A stretch of DNA of 52,554 bases, filler included, from Sphacelaria rigidula (GCA_964200075.2; 3 parts of 3 records of this genome joined end to end with filler, not necessarily neighbours in it); one strand, 5' to 3'. Positions 10,701-23,216 are shown, numbered from the whole stretch's first letter. Numbers and translations: made by a program. The notes: generated by a model not told the origin, from the sequence alone.

Positions 10701-13700
10701 CGAGGCTTACGGTATATTTTCGCGTCTTCACGCGCCGCGTTTCGACGAGCGGTTTCGAGGACCGGGCTTGGACAAGGTATCTTACTGTTGGCATCTATCT
10801 CGCCTTGGATGGTCATTCCAGGTGCTACCAGCGGCCTTTGTCCTCCAAGTTCGACCCCACCCGCCGCCGAAGAACGGCCGTAGAGGGTTAGACCTCCCGA
10901 CACCAGAGCTCAGCGCCGCGACCGCTGGCCTGTTTCAGCGGTTTTGTTCCGAAATCGATCGCTCCCTTGGTGCTTCAGAAGAGGAGAAGGATAAAGGGAG
11001 GGAGAGGGAGAAGGTGGACGAGCAGAGTGAGCAGCAGGAGGAGGAAAGGACATGTTCAATCCGCGGTCGCCGGCCGTCGTCACGCCCTCCTGTCCAGGAA
11101 GAGCGAAGTTACGAAGTACTCGCGGGTATGTCGCTGCTAGCGTGGGGTGACTGCTGGGCTAAACGGATGACTGACGTTAACACCACTACCGATAGCAGCA
11201 GCAGCAGCAGCAGCAAGAACAGTGTGTGCGGTAGCGGTTGGAACCTCAAGGGAAGTAAGGATTTGTGGGGAGGTATAGCCGAGGGAGAAGCTAACTGCGG
11301 GATTTTTTTCGGTGGCGACGGTTTTGGAGAAGAGAAACAAGAATCGCCACCAAAGAGAATGGTGGGTCGATGGATACGCATCCGCCTCTTCAAGCTCAAG
11401 CCGGAAGATCGCGTGTGCGGAATCCTCGGAAGATCTGTTGTCGAACCCCACGCGATTCATGGAGTCGTGCGATACTGGATACGCCCTCACTGGGGCTTGG
11501 ATACAAGTATATGTGGGAAGCTCCCCGGCTTGGGAATGTCAGGGGAAGTGCGATTCTTAGCGCGCTGGCGCGCCGGTGCCTTGGTGTACTGTGAGTTGGA
11601 GAGACTTGGTCAGCCGCTACGGGACATCTGCAAGGTAGGGATACGTACGGCAGACCCTGAGTTTTTCCTGAAAGCAAACTGAGCTTCGCGAAACTTCCAA
11701 ACGAACACATACCGAGCGCTGTCACGCGGTATACCCTCAGTCCTAGTATTTCTCGTACCACGGATTCCCTTCTTCTTCCTGGGGTAAAATATTGCGCTCC
11801 TTTAAATAGTGCTCGTAATCGTTAGGTTCACGTGGCGTTCGAGAGGCCCTTTCATCTCGAGAGAGGCCAAGCGACGTTGCTGCAGCTCGAGGCGGACTTG
11901 AACGGCAGCAACCGAGGGGGGGGTGGTCAGCTTTCGTTCCGCGCATGGGCAAATGACGAGCGAATCTATGAGGCTCGAGTTTACGCGGAAGACAACGGGT
12001 CCGCCGAGATGAGAATAGAGCACGTGGTACTGCACGTTTGTGCTGCCGCAGCAAACGACGCCGCAGCGAATAAGGGCCGTAACAAGCCACGTCCTTCTTA
12101 TATCCCCGCGGACCAGCAGCAGCAGCAGCAGTACAACTTTGTAGACATCGGAGGGATCGAGGTGTGGGGTCGGTGTATCCCAAGGAAGCCGCCGATAAAG
12201 CCACCAAAACCCGGCAATGACGTCAACAACGAATTGTCCACCGTACACAATAATAACGGTGTCCAAACGCTCACGACAAGGTGCGTGGGTGGTGCTAAGG
12301 ATGATTCGCGGGAAGACCAGATAGCACTCTGTCACCTGGTCACCGCCGCCCTCAGGGCGGAGAAGGAGAATCTACGTTTTGTGTTTGTGGCAAGGTAAGA
12401 AGGCACCTTTCCGCAGAAGCTTGTCGCCGTTGTAGCTGCTGATTGTACAACACGGGCCACCATAGTAGTTCCATTCAAGACCGCTCGGTATGCGCATGAT
12501 TAGTACATTCGGCGTGCTCTTGAATGCCCGGGGCAGGTAAAAAAATAGCATTAAACCATGACGCTACTAGAGCAGGGCGGCACGAACAAAAAACCACACC
12601 CGTGTAAACAGCTCACTGTCTCTCTCCCGCTTCGCCCCGATGAACACAATTAATCGCGCTCTTCCGAAGTAGCACAGGGCGATGCGGGACACACTACCTT
12701 TCCCAGCTCCTCAGCACAGCACCTGGAGTTCAGTCGTTTCACGAGGCTTCCCCCTCTATGTGCGGGCACGATATGCTCCTCTCCGCCGCTCGTGCCCCCG
12801 AAGCAAGATACCGAGAGCGTCGGCATAAGGTGGACGCCATTCTCCAGTCTGCGCTTCACCATCTGCAAATACGGCGGGAGCAAGGAGACGCCGGGCAAGG
12901 CCTTATATACGCGGATACGTCGCACCTCTTCCTCAAGGCTTTTTCCGACGTTGTGATGGTGGGTCATTGGAATATATATATATATATATAACTGACGTGG
13001 AAATAAGACGTTTAATGGAGTATATCGAACCTTCGACGTACGTTGACTTTTAAACTATGTGTCCACAGCCTGATTTATGGCTACCTTACGGTTTTTCTGG
13101 ACCTAAAACGCGAGCTATTTTTTTATTTGAGATTGCGTGAATACTCAAGAAGTCATACACCATTCAGTTACCATTTGAGAATTCGACGGTGACCTGCAAG
13201 TTCTGTCCATTCATCTTTATTGAAAGTCTAGCTTACCTAGTGAGTGGTGGCTAGTGTCAACCTTTTGTGTTATTATAGTCCTGGACCTTCTGTGCTGTGC
13301 GCAGACGTTGTTATTGAGGCTGTAAAATAAATTCAAGTGGGTTCACGACAAGGGTAGCATCTGGTCTCACAATTTGAAGCATGTTCACGAGTGTCTGTTT
13401 CAGGAAGCGCAACTTTGCACATATGCACAAAAAATGTGTAGAGAACAAGCGTGATTCCAGTACCATCCGGCGTAAAATACGTGGGGGTAGGGTCTGACTC
13501 ACCTCACAGTGCACCAAGGCAACATGCAAGAGTACGAGCCAATATCCATCATTCACCGGCCGGCGTGCATCAAACCCCTTGCCCTTTTTTTGCATATGTT
13601 TGCCTTTTTGTTGGTACTATCACCCCCATAGCGCGAGCTAGCGCCATTTTTTCGGATTGACGTCGTTGTGCTGCGGCGTGATCCGGCTGCGGTTTTGAAG

Positions 13701-14845
13701 AGCCGGATTGAGCTCGGCCACTTCTGTAGGTCCCAGAAACGAAGCGACTGGCTCTTGCTGCCCGAACGGTGTCGCTTGTGCTGCGGCGCCGATAAGCCTG
13801 CAAGTTGTTGCTTGCGCGGACACGACCAAACTACTGACGAGAGCGATATGGATGGGTTTGAAGCGCTGGTCGCGTACGCGTCCGACGTGGAGGATCAGAT
13901 TCGGTACGAGAGTCGGATTTTTTCCAAGAGTGTATTGGGTAGGGTACTCGCTACACTTAAGCATTTCGAACGTCCGTACTCTAGGCAACCAAGTCGTAGG
14001 GTATGGTCTTGAGATCGTTCTCAACAATACGCAGATATTTGGCAGAATATTGCGATCGTACCTACACTCCGCCCAATATCTTGGGAGAGTTTGGAGATCG
14101 GACCTTTGCAACACAAAAATTCGGAAGAGTAAGTACCCGAGTATTTGCCCTACCCAACAAGCACACCTTTGGAGAATTCGCTCAGAATACCACATCTTCT
14201 TCGAGATAAGTGAGCAGGAAGAAACATAATGCTGCTCTCCGTCATCTACGTTCTGCTTGATTGGTGGCGATAACAAGGGTGACCCGTGCCGTCCACACAC
14301 GGTTTTCCGTTCTTCTCTGTAACAAGCACCCGCGAAGGTAACGCGCAGACTGTCACCCCTCAGATAAAGTTCTCGGTTGTGTCGCACAACTCGACGTGAC
14401 CAACGTTGTTCATGAACACCGTCACACCCAAATCTCCAACTATACCATGCACCACCCTGCGAACAGGGTTTTCAAGAGACGTTATGAAAGGAGCCCCGTG
14501 CAGCAACATTGCACCGCAACGCACGAGGAGCGAGAAAAAGAAGACGGTTCTGCGTCAGCTCCGTCGGCGGAACCAGCCGAGATGACTGCTGGTGCCGCGG
14601 CGGAGCTCACCCGCGATAACCTGTCGTCAAGGTTATGTTGCAACAAAGTCATTGAGACGACTCTAGAATCTCTAATAACGAGCGACGGTGTACGCCAGAT
14701 GTTTGCGGAATTGGACTTAGAGGTTTCGGAGGCCACGTGGCACGTGCTCAGGGGAGGAGCCACGAACAAGCGGGAAAGTGAGAAGGCGGGGAGGGTGGTG
14801 CCGCTGGAGTACTGCCGCCGGCGCTTGGCGGGATACTGTGAATAG
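7716..14845 (+). CDS. Multidomain protein: GT49 + GT49 glycosyltransferases + PL14-like lyase fold + sulfotransferase
   Basis: GT-AG exons with matching phases: 7716(or 7616)-8762, 8994-9460, 9709-10048, 10246-11634, 11826-12394, 12673-12958, 13632-13903, 14467-14845 (1582 aa from ATG 7716). Tentative extra 5' exons 6800-6989 and 7281-7434. GT49 motifs occur twice: YPINxLRN, DVD, PAF/LE, FDERFxGxGxN/DKV. PL14-like GKLPGL at 11515-11532. Sulfotransferase motifs FVFVASTGRCGT...HE and LRRDPAAVLKS. Confidence 0.8.
13935..14157. mobile_element. Small MITE-like insertion in an intron
   Basis: Terminal inverted 10-mers TTGGGTAGGG...CCCTACCCAA, non-coding interior, inside intron 13904-14466. Confidence 0.45.
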
Positions 14846-17459
14846 CACAGAGCACGTCTTGTGTTGTGGTGTGCTGGAACCTTTTGCGGCGGTTGATGAA
14901 ATCCCTAGTTTTAGCCCTAAGAACAGCAGGGTTTCCAGGCGTGCCGTCTGGTACTGTACGGACATATAATGAGAGAATATTATGCTTTAGGGGTGTGAAA
15001 CTGCACCGTCAAAGTGCACTACTGTTTGCAGCTACGATTGTACAAGTAATATTCACAGAGCAGGATCAGGAGATATAAAATGCTGTAATAATTAATGTAT
15101 GCTGCGTCAAAAGAGTATATACCAAGAAGGCACTGAAATGCTTCTGCGATGAGTTTGGTATACAGCTCGTTGTATTTGTGGTTTAGCGGAGAGGTGCTGG
15201 TGCTGCATACGTGCGGGAGTGCACATGAAACGCAAACGCCATCATCGCGGCACGGGTAGGGAAGGTGAAAACTTCTGCGGGAAGGGGGTTACTTTCGCGA
15301 GCGTTTTCATAAATAGTCTGCTTCCATTTGATGCGCGTTTTTCGTTTTTGCACAACACGGCATGCTCCTGCGAAAACCATACCTTAGAGTAAACTTCCCC
15401 TGCTAGGACAAAGTACGCACGATCCTCACTCATCATATCACCAGCCGCGGGATATATTACCTACCGCCCGTGTTTGATGTGCCTTGCCTTTGTTGCATGT
15501 AAACGCGAACAGCTGATGCGCCCAACTCTTCTTTCAGCCCAACACAACTAGGTTCGATCGCATCTTCAGACGACGAACACGGGTGGGAGGCAGCTGATTG
15601 GTGAAAGTGTTTGAGTGTTGTCTTCAAATCTCTCCCCCTCATGTACCCCCGGTCACATCGTACCAGGTCCGCTACGTTCCTTTGACGCTGTACTCCGTGT
15701 AGGAATATGACATTAATCAGTATGCGGTCCCATTGCGTATGTTTCCTGTCATCTTTCCCCTTACATACACCCTATTTGTCTCATCTCTGTGCACACAAGA
15801 ATGTTCCCCCCTCCGTCGCGTCGTCCCAACTCCACCCTCCCTTCCGGTCTTGTGACTACGGCATGCAAGATCATGAGTACACCCCCCTTTCCCATTTGCC
15901 AATTCTCTATTTCTTGTTCAACGTTTGCACCACGTGCTGTCCTCCTGACTACACTCCCAGCATCGTCCACTCCCTGAGCGATGCACTCAACACCTTGCAG
16001 GCATCTACCCTCAAGGGCGTTTACGATGTATAGCATGAATCCATAGCATTGCTCTTCTGTCTACCCCTGCGTTGAACAGTCAGGGCTGAAACCCCCCCGC
16101 CGCGACACGTGTCGTCCCTCTCATCCTGTCCGAGTGCGAAAATGTATCTTAGCTCGTCTCGGGAATATATGTGGAATAAATCACTGCGGTAGTACCCTGT
16201 AATTGCGATCCTGCGAAAGGGTGCGGCGCGTAACGGGCAGGCTGGGTTTACGCGAATTCGATATCAAATCACCATGGTTGTTGTGTTTTAGATATACGGA
16301 TCCTAATCCTTGCTCCACCCCCCAACCCAAGGCATACCTTGAAGCCTCGGGGAAGGGGAAGGGGAATTGAATGCCTGTGGTGTCTCGAGCAAATCATGCG
16401 TTGGGAAAGTTCAAATCGGCCCCTAGGGTGACGATTTTCAGCAAAAACGCGTGGTGCGCACAATGGGGGCAACCGAGGACAGGTCAGGTTTTGAAAGCTC
16501 CGAATCTGATTCCAGATTTTCTATTACCCAAGCATGTTTCAGTCGCGATGACTTGACGATGAACCCGCGCGAATTCCGCTGGGTACGGGGGGGGCTATCG
16601 TATATTTTCAATTTTGCTCGGAATACGGCATATGGTTCGCCGAAACTGCGGTGCGGTGCGGTGCGGTGCGGTACGGGGCCGGACGACTGTGGTTTCTATA
16701 GCGGTACAATCAGAACATGATGGCCATGACTGTATTCGAAAACGTGAGTACACTGTACTGAGGCAATCGCAGTTTTCGACGTACCACTCTTGTGCGTGTT
16801 GTACATACACGAATCGACCAATCAACCTCAACCCCAATGGCCATGGTGTGGGTACGGAAAGGAGCTCAGGATTAAAGAGAAAACGACGCAACGACAAGCA
16901 GGCATGTCGCTACTGGTGGCTCTATCGTACCGTCACTTCCAGAGCTCTGGCTCCACCGTGGCGTGCATGTCCAAGGTGCGTGCCTTACCCTCGGAGTACC
17001 GAATGGATGGGATAATCCTGCCAAAAAAAACCTTTACTGCTCGGCGCACAAGGAAGTTAATTTATTGATCGGATGTCGCACTTCAACTGACCACCCATAG
17101 GTCCAACCGTGGTCGCATGATAGACGTACCCAAGAAAAGCAGAACCGAAACACTCGTTCAAGAAAACGAAGGCGAAGAAATCAAGTCGAACAGAACGACA
17201 TAGTAGACTGAGACGTAAAAATAAAAAGAAGGAAAACAACAACAAAAATGAAGCACAGGAAGAGGTGGCCGACCTGACAAAAAAAAGGCGCAAAGTGCAA
17301 ATTGCAATTCTCTGCCAGTCCGATCAGCAGCGACAGTAGGAAGCGTAAGGCACTCCCCCGACGACCGCAAACTCTCTCCGCCCCAAAGTCAGGGTAGGAA
17401 AGACACCGCGCGGACAACGTACTGTTTCTTCCTAGACGCGCAAAAGGCTTATGACACAG

Positions 17460-17559
17460 NNNNNNNNNNNNNNNNNNNNNNNNNNNNNNNNNNNNNNNNN
17501 NNNTTAATTAATTAANNNNNNNNNNNNNNNNNNNNNNNNNNNNNNNNNNNNNNNNNNNN
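17460..17559. other. Assembly gap (100 nt, N-padded TTAATTAATTAA linker)
   Basis: N runs flank TTAATTAATTAA, which has stops in all six frames. The same construct occurs at 35009-35108. Confidence 0.95.
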
Positions 17560-18211
17560 CAACCATTTATTGTGGGAAAAACTTCAGTTGTAAATCCTCA
17601 GTTTTCCATCAACGGTTCCAAAAGGGTTAAGACCAACAGCATGCTAGCTATCTCTTTCCCCACGTTAGAATCATTCTCCCTCGGAATATCAGCCGGCGTA
17701 TGCTCCAAAACACATCCCCCAACCCACAATCTACAACCAAACCACCGACGCGGCGCCCGCGGGAGCCATTCGTCCATAGTAGCATACTGCTCTCATGAAC
17801 ACACATCATCACAAAAAAAATTGTCCTGACTCGTGCAGTATTACTGCCCTATTGGTAAGATTGTACAGGGCGGTTATTCAGACCTTTCGTACTCCGCAGC
17901 TCACGGTGTTGTCTCGTCCTTGACCTGTGCTATAGTGTTTTACGTCGTGTGTTTTATCATATGGGTTTCATTCAATATTAACACCCATGTATACAAGTAC
18001 GAATATGTAGGTGTAGAGCAGAAAAAATTTCCAGCGTTCGCCATCAGCAAGCGGGCCATCACAAGTGCTTGCGGTACTTGACAAACTTGTGTGAAATCAG
18101 CTGCTACAAGCGCACAGGCGGGTGCCAGTCGTACGCACAGCACTTTTTTCATGATTCATATATTTTGCACGCTTCGCGTACGATCCATCTTCCGGGTGTC
18201 GGAGGAAACAG

Positions 18212-21200
18212 GTGGTCCAGGCAAAGGTCCCTGATTTGCACGGTCTCGAGGATATAAGCGAGTATGTCGAGGGTGGCTTGGCCGGGGGTGCATCGGACAG
18301 TGAGATGGAGGATGAGGACTCTCGAATCACGCTGCCGGAGGACTACGTTGGGCGAGGCAACGTCAAGTCTCAGAAGAGGTGGGTATTATCTTGCAGTGGT
18401 GTGGCTTACCGAACAGAACAGTACCCTGTCAGGTGCGTACATACCTGGTCTTTGGTTTCCTTTGGTAGCTTATCGGGTACGCGCAGCACGCAGCTGGCGG
18501 GTTCGATTGGCCGCGCTCAGTTGGTACACACGCACTCTGGTTGAAGCTAAGTGCTTGGTCGTGGCCGAGCCAATTTCCGAAAAAGGTGCAGCACAGGCTT
18601 TGAAATGAAGCATGCTTCCTCGCCGTTGGAATCATCCGCGATGTCGATTGAGGCTAGGTGGAGAACAGAGTATGGGGTTGTGCATTATTTGGCCTCAAGT
18701 TCACGTGTGAGAGTCATTTTCTGTACTGATTTGGCGACTGACGGCACTTACTGTCATTGCGTGTTTTTCGGATAGCTAGGCTCCTGTTTGGTTCGTCAGT
18801 GGTGGTCGCGCTGATCCGCTTTGTTGAGCATTTTGTGTGTGTCTTCGTGACAGCCACTCCCGCCCCTGTCGTGCGCGTGCAGCTCCATCAAGTTGCAGGA
18901 ACTTGGGCCGCGGTTAACGCTTGAGCTAATGAAGGTTGAGAGGGGTTTATGCGAGGGAGAGGTGCTGTACCACAGCTATGTCACCAAGACCCAAGAGGAG
19001 GTGCGTCAGTGTGTCTGCACTCGCCACCTTTCGTATAATCATGCTTGTGAAATGGCAGCTGTGTATTGTCAGATGGCGGCCTGATGTACGGTGCGGGGGG
19101 GCAGTGGCAATAAAATCGCGAGTAATTAGTTTCGGGTGTGTCATTCAGGCACAATACCGTATATATATATATATATATATTTTTTTTCCCTCCCGGGATG
19201 GCTGCCGGACCCCATTCCCTCGGTCATGAAGGAGTCACCACGTGCACCACACGAAGGAGAACAAAACTGTTACTACAGACTGTACTGTGCACTATCCGTT
19301 GCACAGCGTTATACCATCATGCTACTTGTTGTAAAAACCTCGATCTCCCCCCACACGACCATGTAGGTAACAATTGTAACTCTTGGTAGCAAATTGACAC
19401 GTGGATGACACGGGCGTGTCGGCTGTCAGGGCATGGAAAAACCTCCAAAGGATAAGCATTGTGGTTACACAAGTGTGGTACCCCAATTTGTCGCTACGGC
19501 TTGTTTGAAAGCTCCCTCCAATCTGATACATGCACTGATACACCGTATATCAATTGCATCTTATACTTGTGACATAATGGAATAAAACCAACTGCAAACA
19601 TGTTGGTGCGGTGCTGTATGTGCTGACTGTATTTACGCTGAGCCGACTCCATCTATAATTGCAGTCTTGGACTGAAGTCTACGGTTATCACAAGCAGCGC
19701 ACGCTGTGTAGGCTGTCTGACTCACAGATACGAGGCTGAAGGCTAGACAACAACCACTGTGGTTCACAGTAGTGTTTGATATTTGGACGGACGCAGTCGT
19801 GATGTATGTAGTCGTATCGACTGCTGACGCGTTTGCTGTACCTAGAAAGAAAAGTTCATGGGAGTGTCACGTTTATCTCACATATCCCTTATCTGCTCAA
19901 TACAACCAACAAACGACTTTATTTTTTTTCAGTTTAGTCTTGGAATAGCACACAGCAGGCCAACTATAAACCCAACCCAACCCCCGATGTGCCCTCAGCC
20001 AAGCTACCCATTTCTTATCGGCAACCGCTGTGAGTTTTGGAGAGCTACTTGGTGCTCGTCTGCGTGAACCTGCTCCTGGGAACGGCCGTGCATGAGCTCT
20101 GTTCCCGGGGAGCAGGGTCGAATCGCGGGGCAGAACTTTCTCTGAACATGATTTTCTCCATCAATTCCCCTAAGCGCCATCACAGAAGTCCAGACCGTTC
20201 CCAGCGTCCTAGGCCCATGGACGTTTTGGTATACGTTTGGGCTTACTAGGTACCCTCTGTAGCAAGGAACCTTACCGCAAAGTTTCCGATCTAATATGCG
20301 TATAACCGCTTTCAAAGCTAGTCAACAAAGGCGCTTCCCTATGGGCTGAGGACAGGGGAACATCACAGTAGAAGAAAGAGAAGATGAATTTAATTTTTGT
20401 CCTCATATTGCGGATGTACCCCCAATCGTACATCAGGCCGTCGTATACTCGTAGGCTATGGTACGGATAGTAAAGTAGTAATAGTGTACACTTAGCCGGT
20501 CGCCCCGGTGGCTCAGTTGGTAACCTCGAAACTTTCTGACGGTTGGGTCGTGGGTTCGAATCTCGGAGCGATCTGAGATTTTTTCTTACACAATGACCAA
20601 CAGTGGAGAGCGACTATCAATGTCGTGGGTACACAGAATTTGACTCAACGGTCGGCGAGGAAATGGAAAGGGACTGCTGAATCCCCTCTCGATGAAAAAA
20701 TGAAGGCAAGCACCGCGAAAGGAAGGTGGAGAACTAAAACCAATGGGAAAAAAAAAACTCTTGTGGTGGCCTTCCTCCTGTGTGACCCCGGCTGGTGCGC
20801 CCACATACACCAAGAGGTGTAAACCGGCGTCCAGAAGAGATTGGATGACAAGACATGAAGTAGGACGACTTTGTAATTTGCTTTGAGTTGGAGTATATGT
20901 TGTTGGTTGACCGCATTCGGATGTTGATCTGTGTTACATATTGTGATCCTACACCCCCGCGTATGGAAGACAACTGAAGGGTCCTTTCGTTGCTCCCGCC
21001 TTTCGCGCAGATTCGAGCCCAGCGTGCAAAGGTGGAGCAACGAGATCGCCTCAAGCGCAAACGACGGGAGGAACAGGAGCAAAACGTTGCGCGAAAAAAG
21101 CAAGCTGCACAAACATTGGCGGCGGAAAAGGCGGCAAGGCGACGAGAGAGGGCAGAACGAGCCGTTGCACAGGGGGATTCCGACGATAGCGACAAAAGCG

Positions 21201-21352
21201 AAGAAGGGGAAGATGGGGAAAATGGGAATGAAGAAGATGGTGTAAAGTCTGGTACAAAGGGGGTGGTGAGGGGTTCAGGTGCTGAGCGTAGGGACGCGAT
21301 GGAGGAGAGCGATGGGGAGAGTGAGGTGGAGGAGGAAGAGGAGAGCGAATGA
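18212..21352 (+). CDS. PPAN: Peter Pan / SSF1 Brix-domain ribosome biogenesis protein, 3' part
   Basis: Exons 18212-18378, 18883-19000 and 21011-21352 are in consistent phase. They read VPDLHGLEDISEY...SDSEMED...[33 protein letters not shown], then a K/R-rich helix and acidic tail typical of Ssf1/PPAN. The 5' exons are not visible and probably lie in the gap at 17460. Confidence 0.85.
20497..20855 (+). mobile_element. Full-length tRNA-derived SINE, family A (intronic)
   Basis: Pol III A-box TGGCTCAGTTGG (20509-20520) and B-box GGTTCGAATC (20553-20562), followed by a ~290-bp body homologous to 22150-22498 and 875-1060. Confidence 0.8.
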
Positions 21353-22149
21353 AGCATATCTAATGATCGATAGAACACGCGCAAATGGATGCCGACTGTG
21401 ATGTGAATGAACGGTGGTCCATGCTAGGCCTGTGTGCGAAAGAGGAGATGGTGAAATTTCAGAGAAATCTGACGGGTTTTTGTGTTGGCGAATGACGAAT
21501 TATCTAGATAGTGAGGGTTTCAGCTTGGGGACGACTCCGCAGGTCGCCTTGTCCCACCTCCACTAGCTCACTCGCCTGTAAAAACAGACGAACACTCTCA
21601 GTGCCAGGAAGTTAGCAGAAGCACCAGCTAGAATATCTTGAACATGCACACGTACAACGCGACTCTTGGGTAGTGATTCACGATTCCTACGACTAAATTC
21701 GAATAATGGCGACAATTAGAGAAGTCGAATGAGACGTCTCTACGGGGAATATCCAAAGATGCACCCGATAGTAGCTCCAAGTCCTGGCGCTGGTATCTAG
21801 CGGTGGTCCGGGAAGGTAGTACGTTGTGCCGAGAAAGATCAGAGGGAATAATCAAACAAGCCGCTCGTGAACGAGAAATGCCTTGGAGTACTGTGCATGG
21901 TACGTTGTGCTGCTGATGAAAAGAGGTGGCGATGATTTAACAGGCGCTTGTGAGCGAGAAAAGCCTTGGAAAACTGTACTGTGCCAATTCCAGGGATGAG
22001 ATCTAAGTGGAGACAGTAGGGTGTTATGGATTCTACAATATGGAACAGCCTTGAAAATCTGCTGAATGAAACGGGTGTCTAATTAGCCCTCCCCTATTCG
22101 TATTAGCCGTACTACTGGTGGAACTTCATCATACCATTGAATGCGGGAA

Positions 22150-22498
22150 GTGTTGTCATCCCATTTATTCTGGACGTCGGTCTGTTCCTGTCGGTATATG
22201 TGGGCACATCAGCCGGGGTCACACTGGAGGGAGGCCAACACAGGATTCTTCCCCTATTTTTTTGTTTTGGTACTTCACCTTCCTTCTGCCATGCTTGCCT
22301 TTTTTTTTCATCGCGAGAGGGGTTCAGCGGTCCCTTTTCCTCGTCGACCGTTGAGTCGAATTTTGTGTACACACGACATGATCGTTGTCCACTGTTGGGC
22401 ATTGTGGGAGAAAAAATCCCACATCACCCCCAGACCCGAACCCACGAACCATTCGTCAGAAGGTTTCGAAGTTATCAACTGAGCCACCGGGGCGACCG
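22150..22498 (-). mobile_element. Full-length tRNA-derived SINE, family A
   Basis: The reverse complement begins CGGTCGCCCCGGTGGCTCAGTTGATAAC..GAAAC..TCTGACG...GTGGGTTCG and is colinear with 20497-20855. Confidence 0.8.
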
Positions 22499-23149
22499 AG
22501 ATACAAGTAACAGTGCTTTCGTGAGATATAGAGTAAAGCGCTGATTGAGATTTGCTTCTATCGTTCGCTTCAACTCGGCCAATTTTTCACTCCATATGTG
22601 CTTTTTTTTGCCTGCATCATATGTGCGTTTGCTTACAGCTATTTTACACGTCGATATCCTACTCAAGGATATCAAGGGCTTCAGAGGCAAGCTACACCAG
22701 GGAGCATATCGGACCTCGTGTAGGGGCATTTCGGAATTGAAACGATTCATTCACTGATTGAATGCTCCTCACTCTCACACGTATCCTCTACTCTCAATCT
22801 CACGAAACCGTTGTCAAGTTTAACTTGTCTATCGTTGTAGCAACATGCTCCTGAGCATACACAGTAAACTCTCAGCAACAAAAAAGCGTCGAATGTTTTA
22901 GATATTGTGCTTCTCAACAGACTCAGAGTCGGTTCATACGGTTAAATTCGGGGGGTAAATGACAACGAAAATTCATACATAAGTACAAGAGTCGACTCCT
23001 ACATGACTCAGGGCGGGAAACGAGGACGACTAATTCGACGACCACGAGCCCGACGACTCACAGTCGCAGTCGTTGGACGTGTCAAAACTTGTAGTGATGA
23101 AAAAAATTGTCATTTCCCAACAAAAAGCTCTGTGCACTTCATGATGACA

Positions 23150-23216
23150 CAAATGAAGAAGCAACATGATGACAAAAAACGCACAAATGAAGAAGCAACA
23201 TGATGAAAAAAACGCA
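23150..23216. repeat. 34-bp tandem duplication
   Basis: CAAATGAAGAAGCAACATGATGA(C)AAAAAACGCA occurs twice. Confidence 0.85.

Noticed and set aside
17504-17515. TTAATTAATTAA motif (also 35053-35064)
   Set aside because: It sits at the centre of identical 100-nt N blocks, so it is a scaffolding linker.
20497-20575. tRNA gene
   Set aside because: It has A and B boxes but no complete acceptor stem, and it continues into a repeated body, so it is a SINE head.
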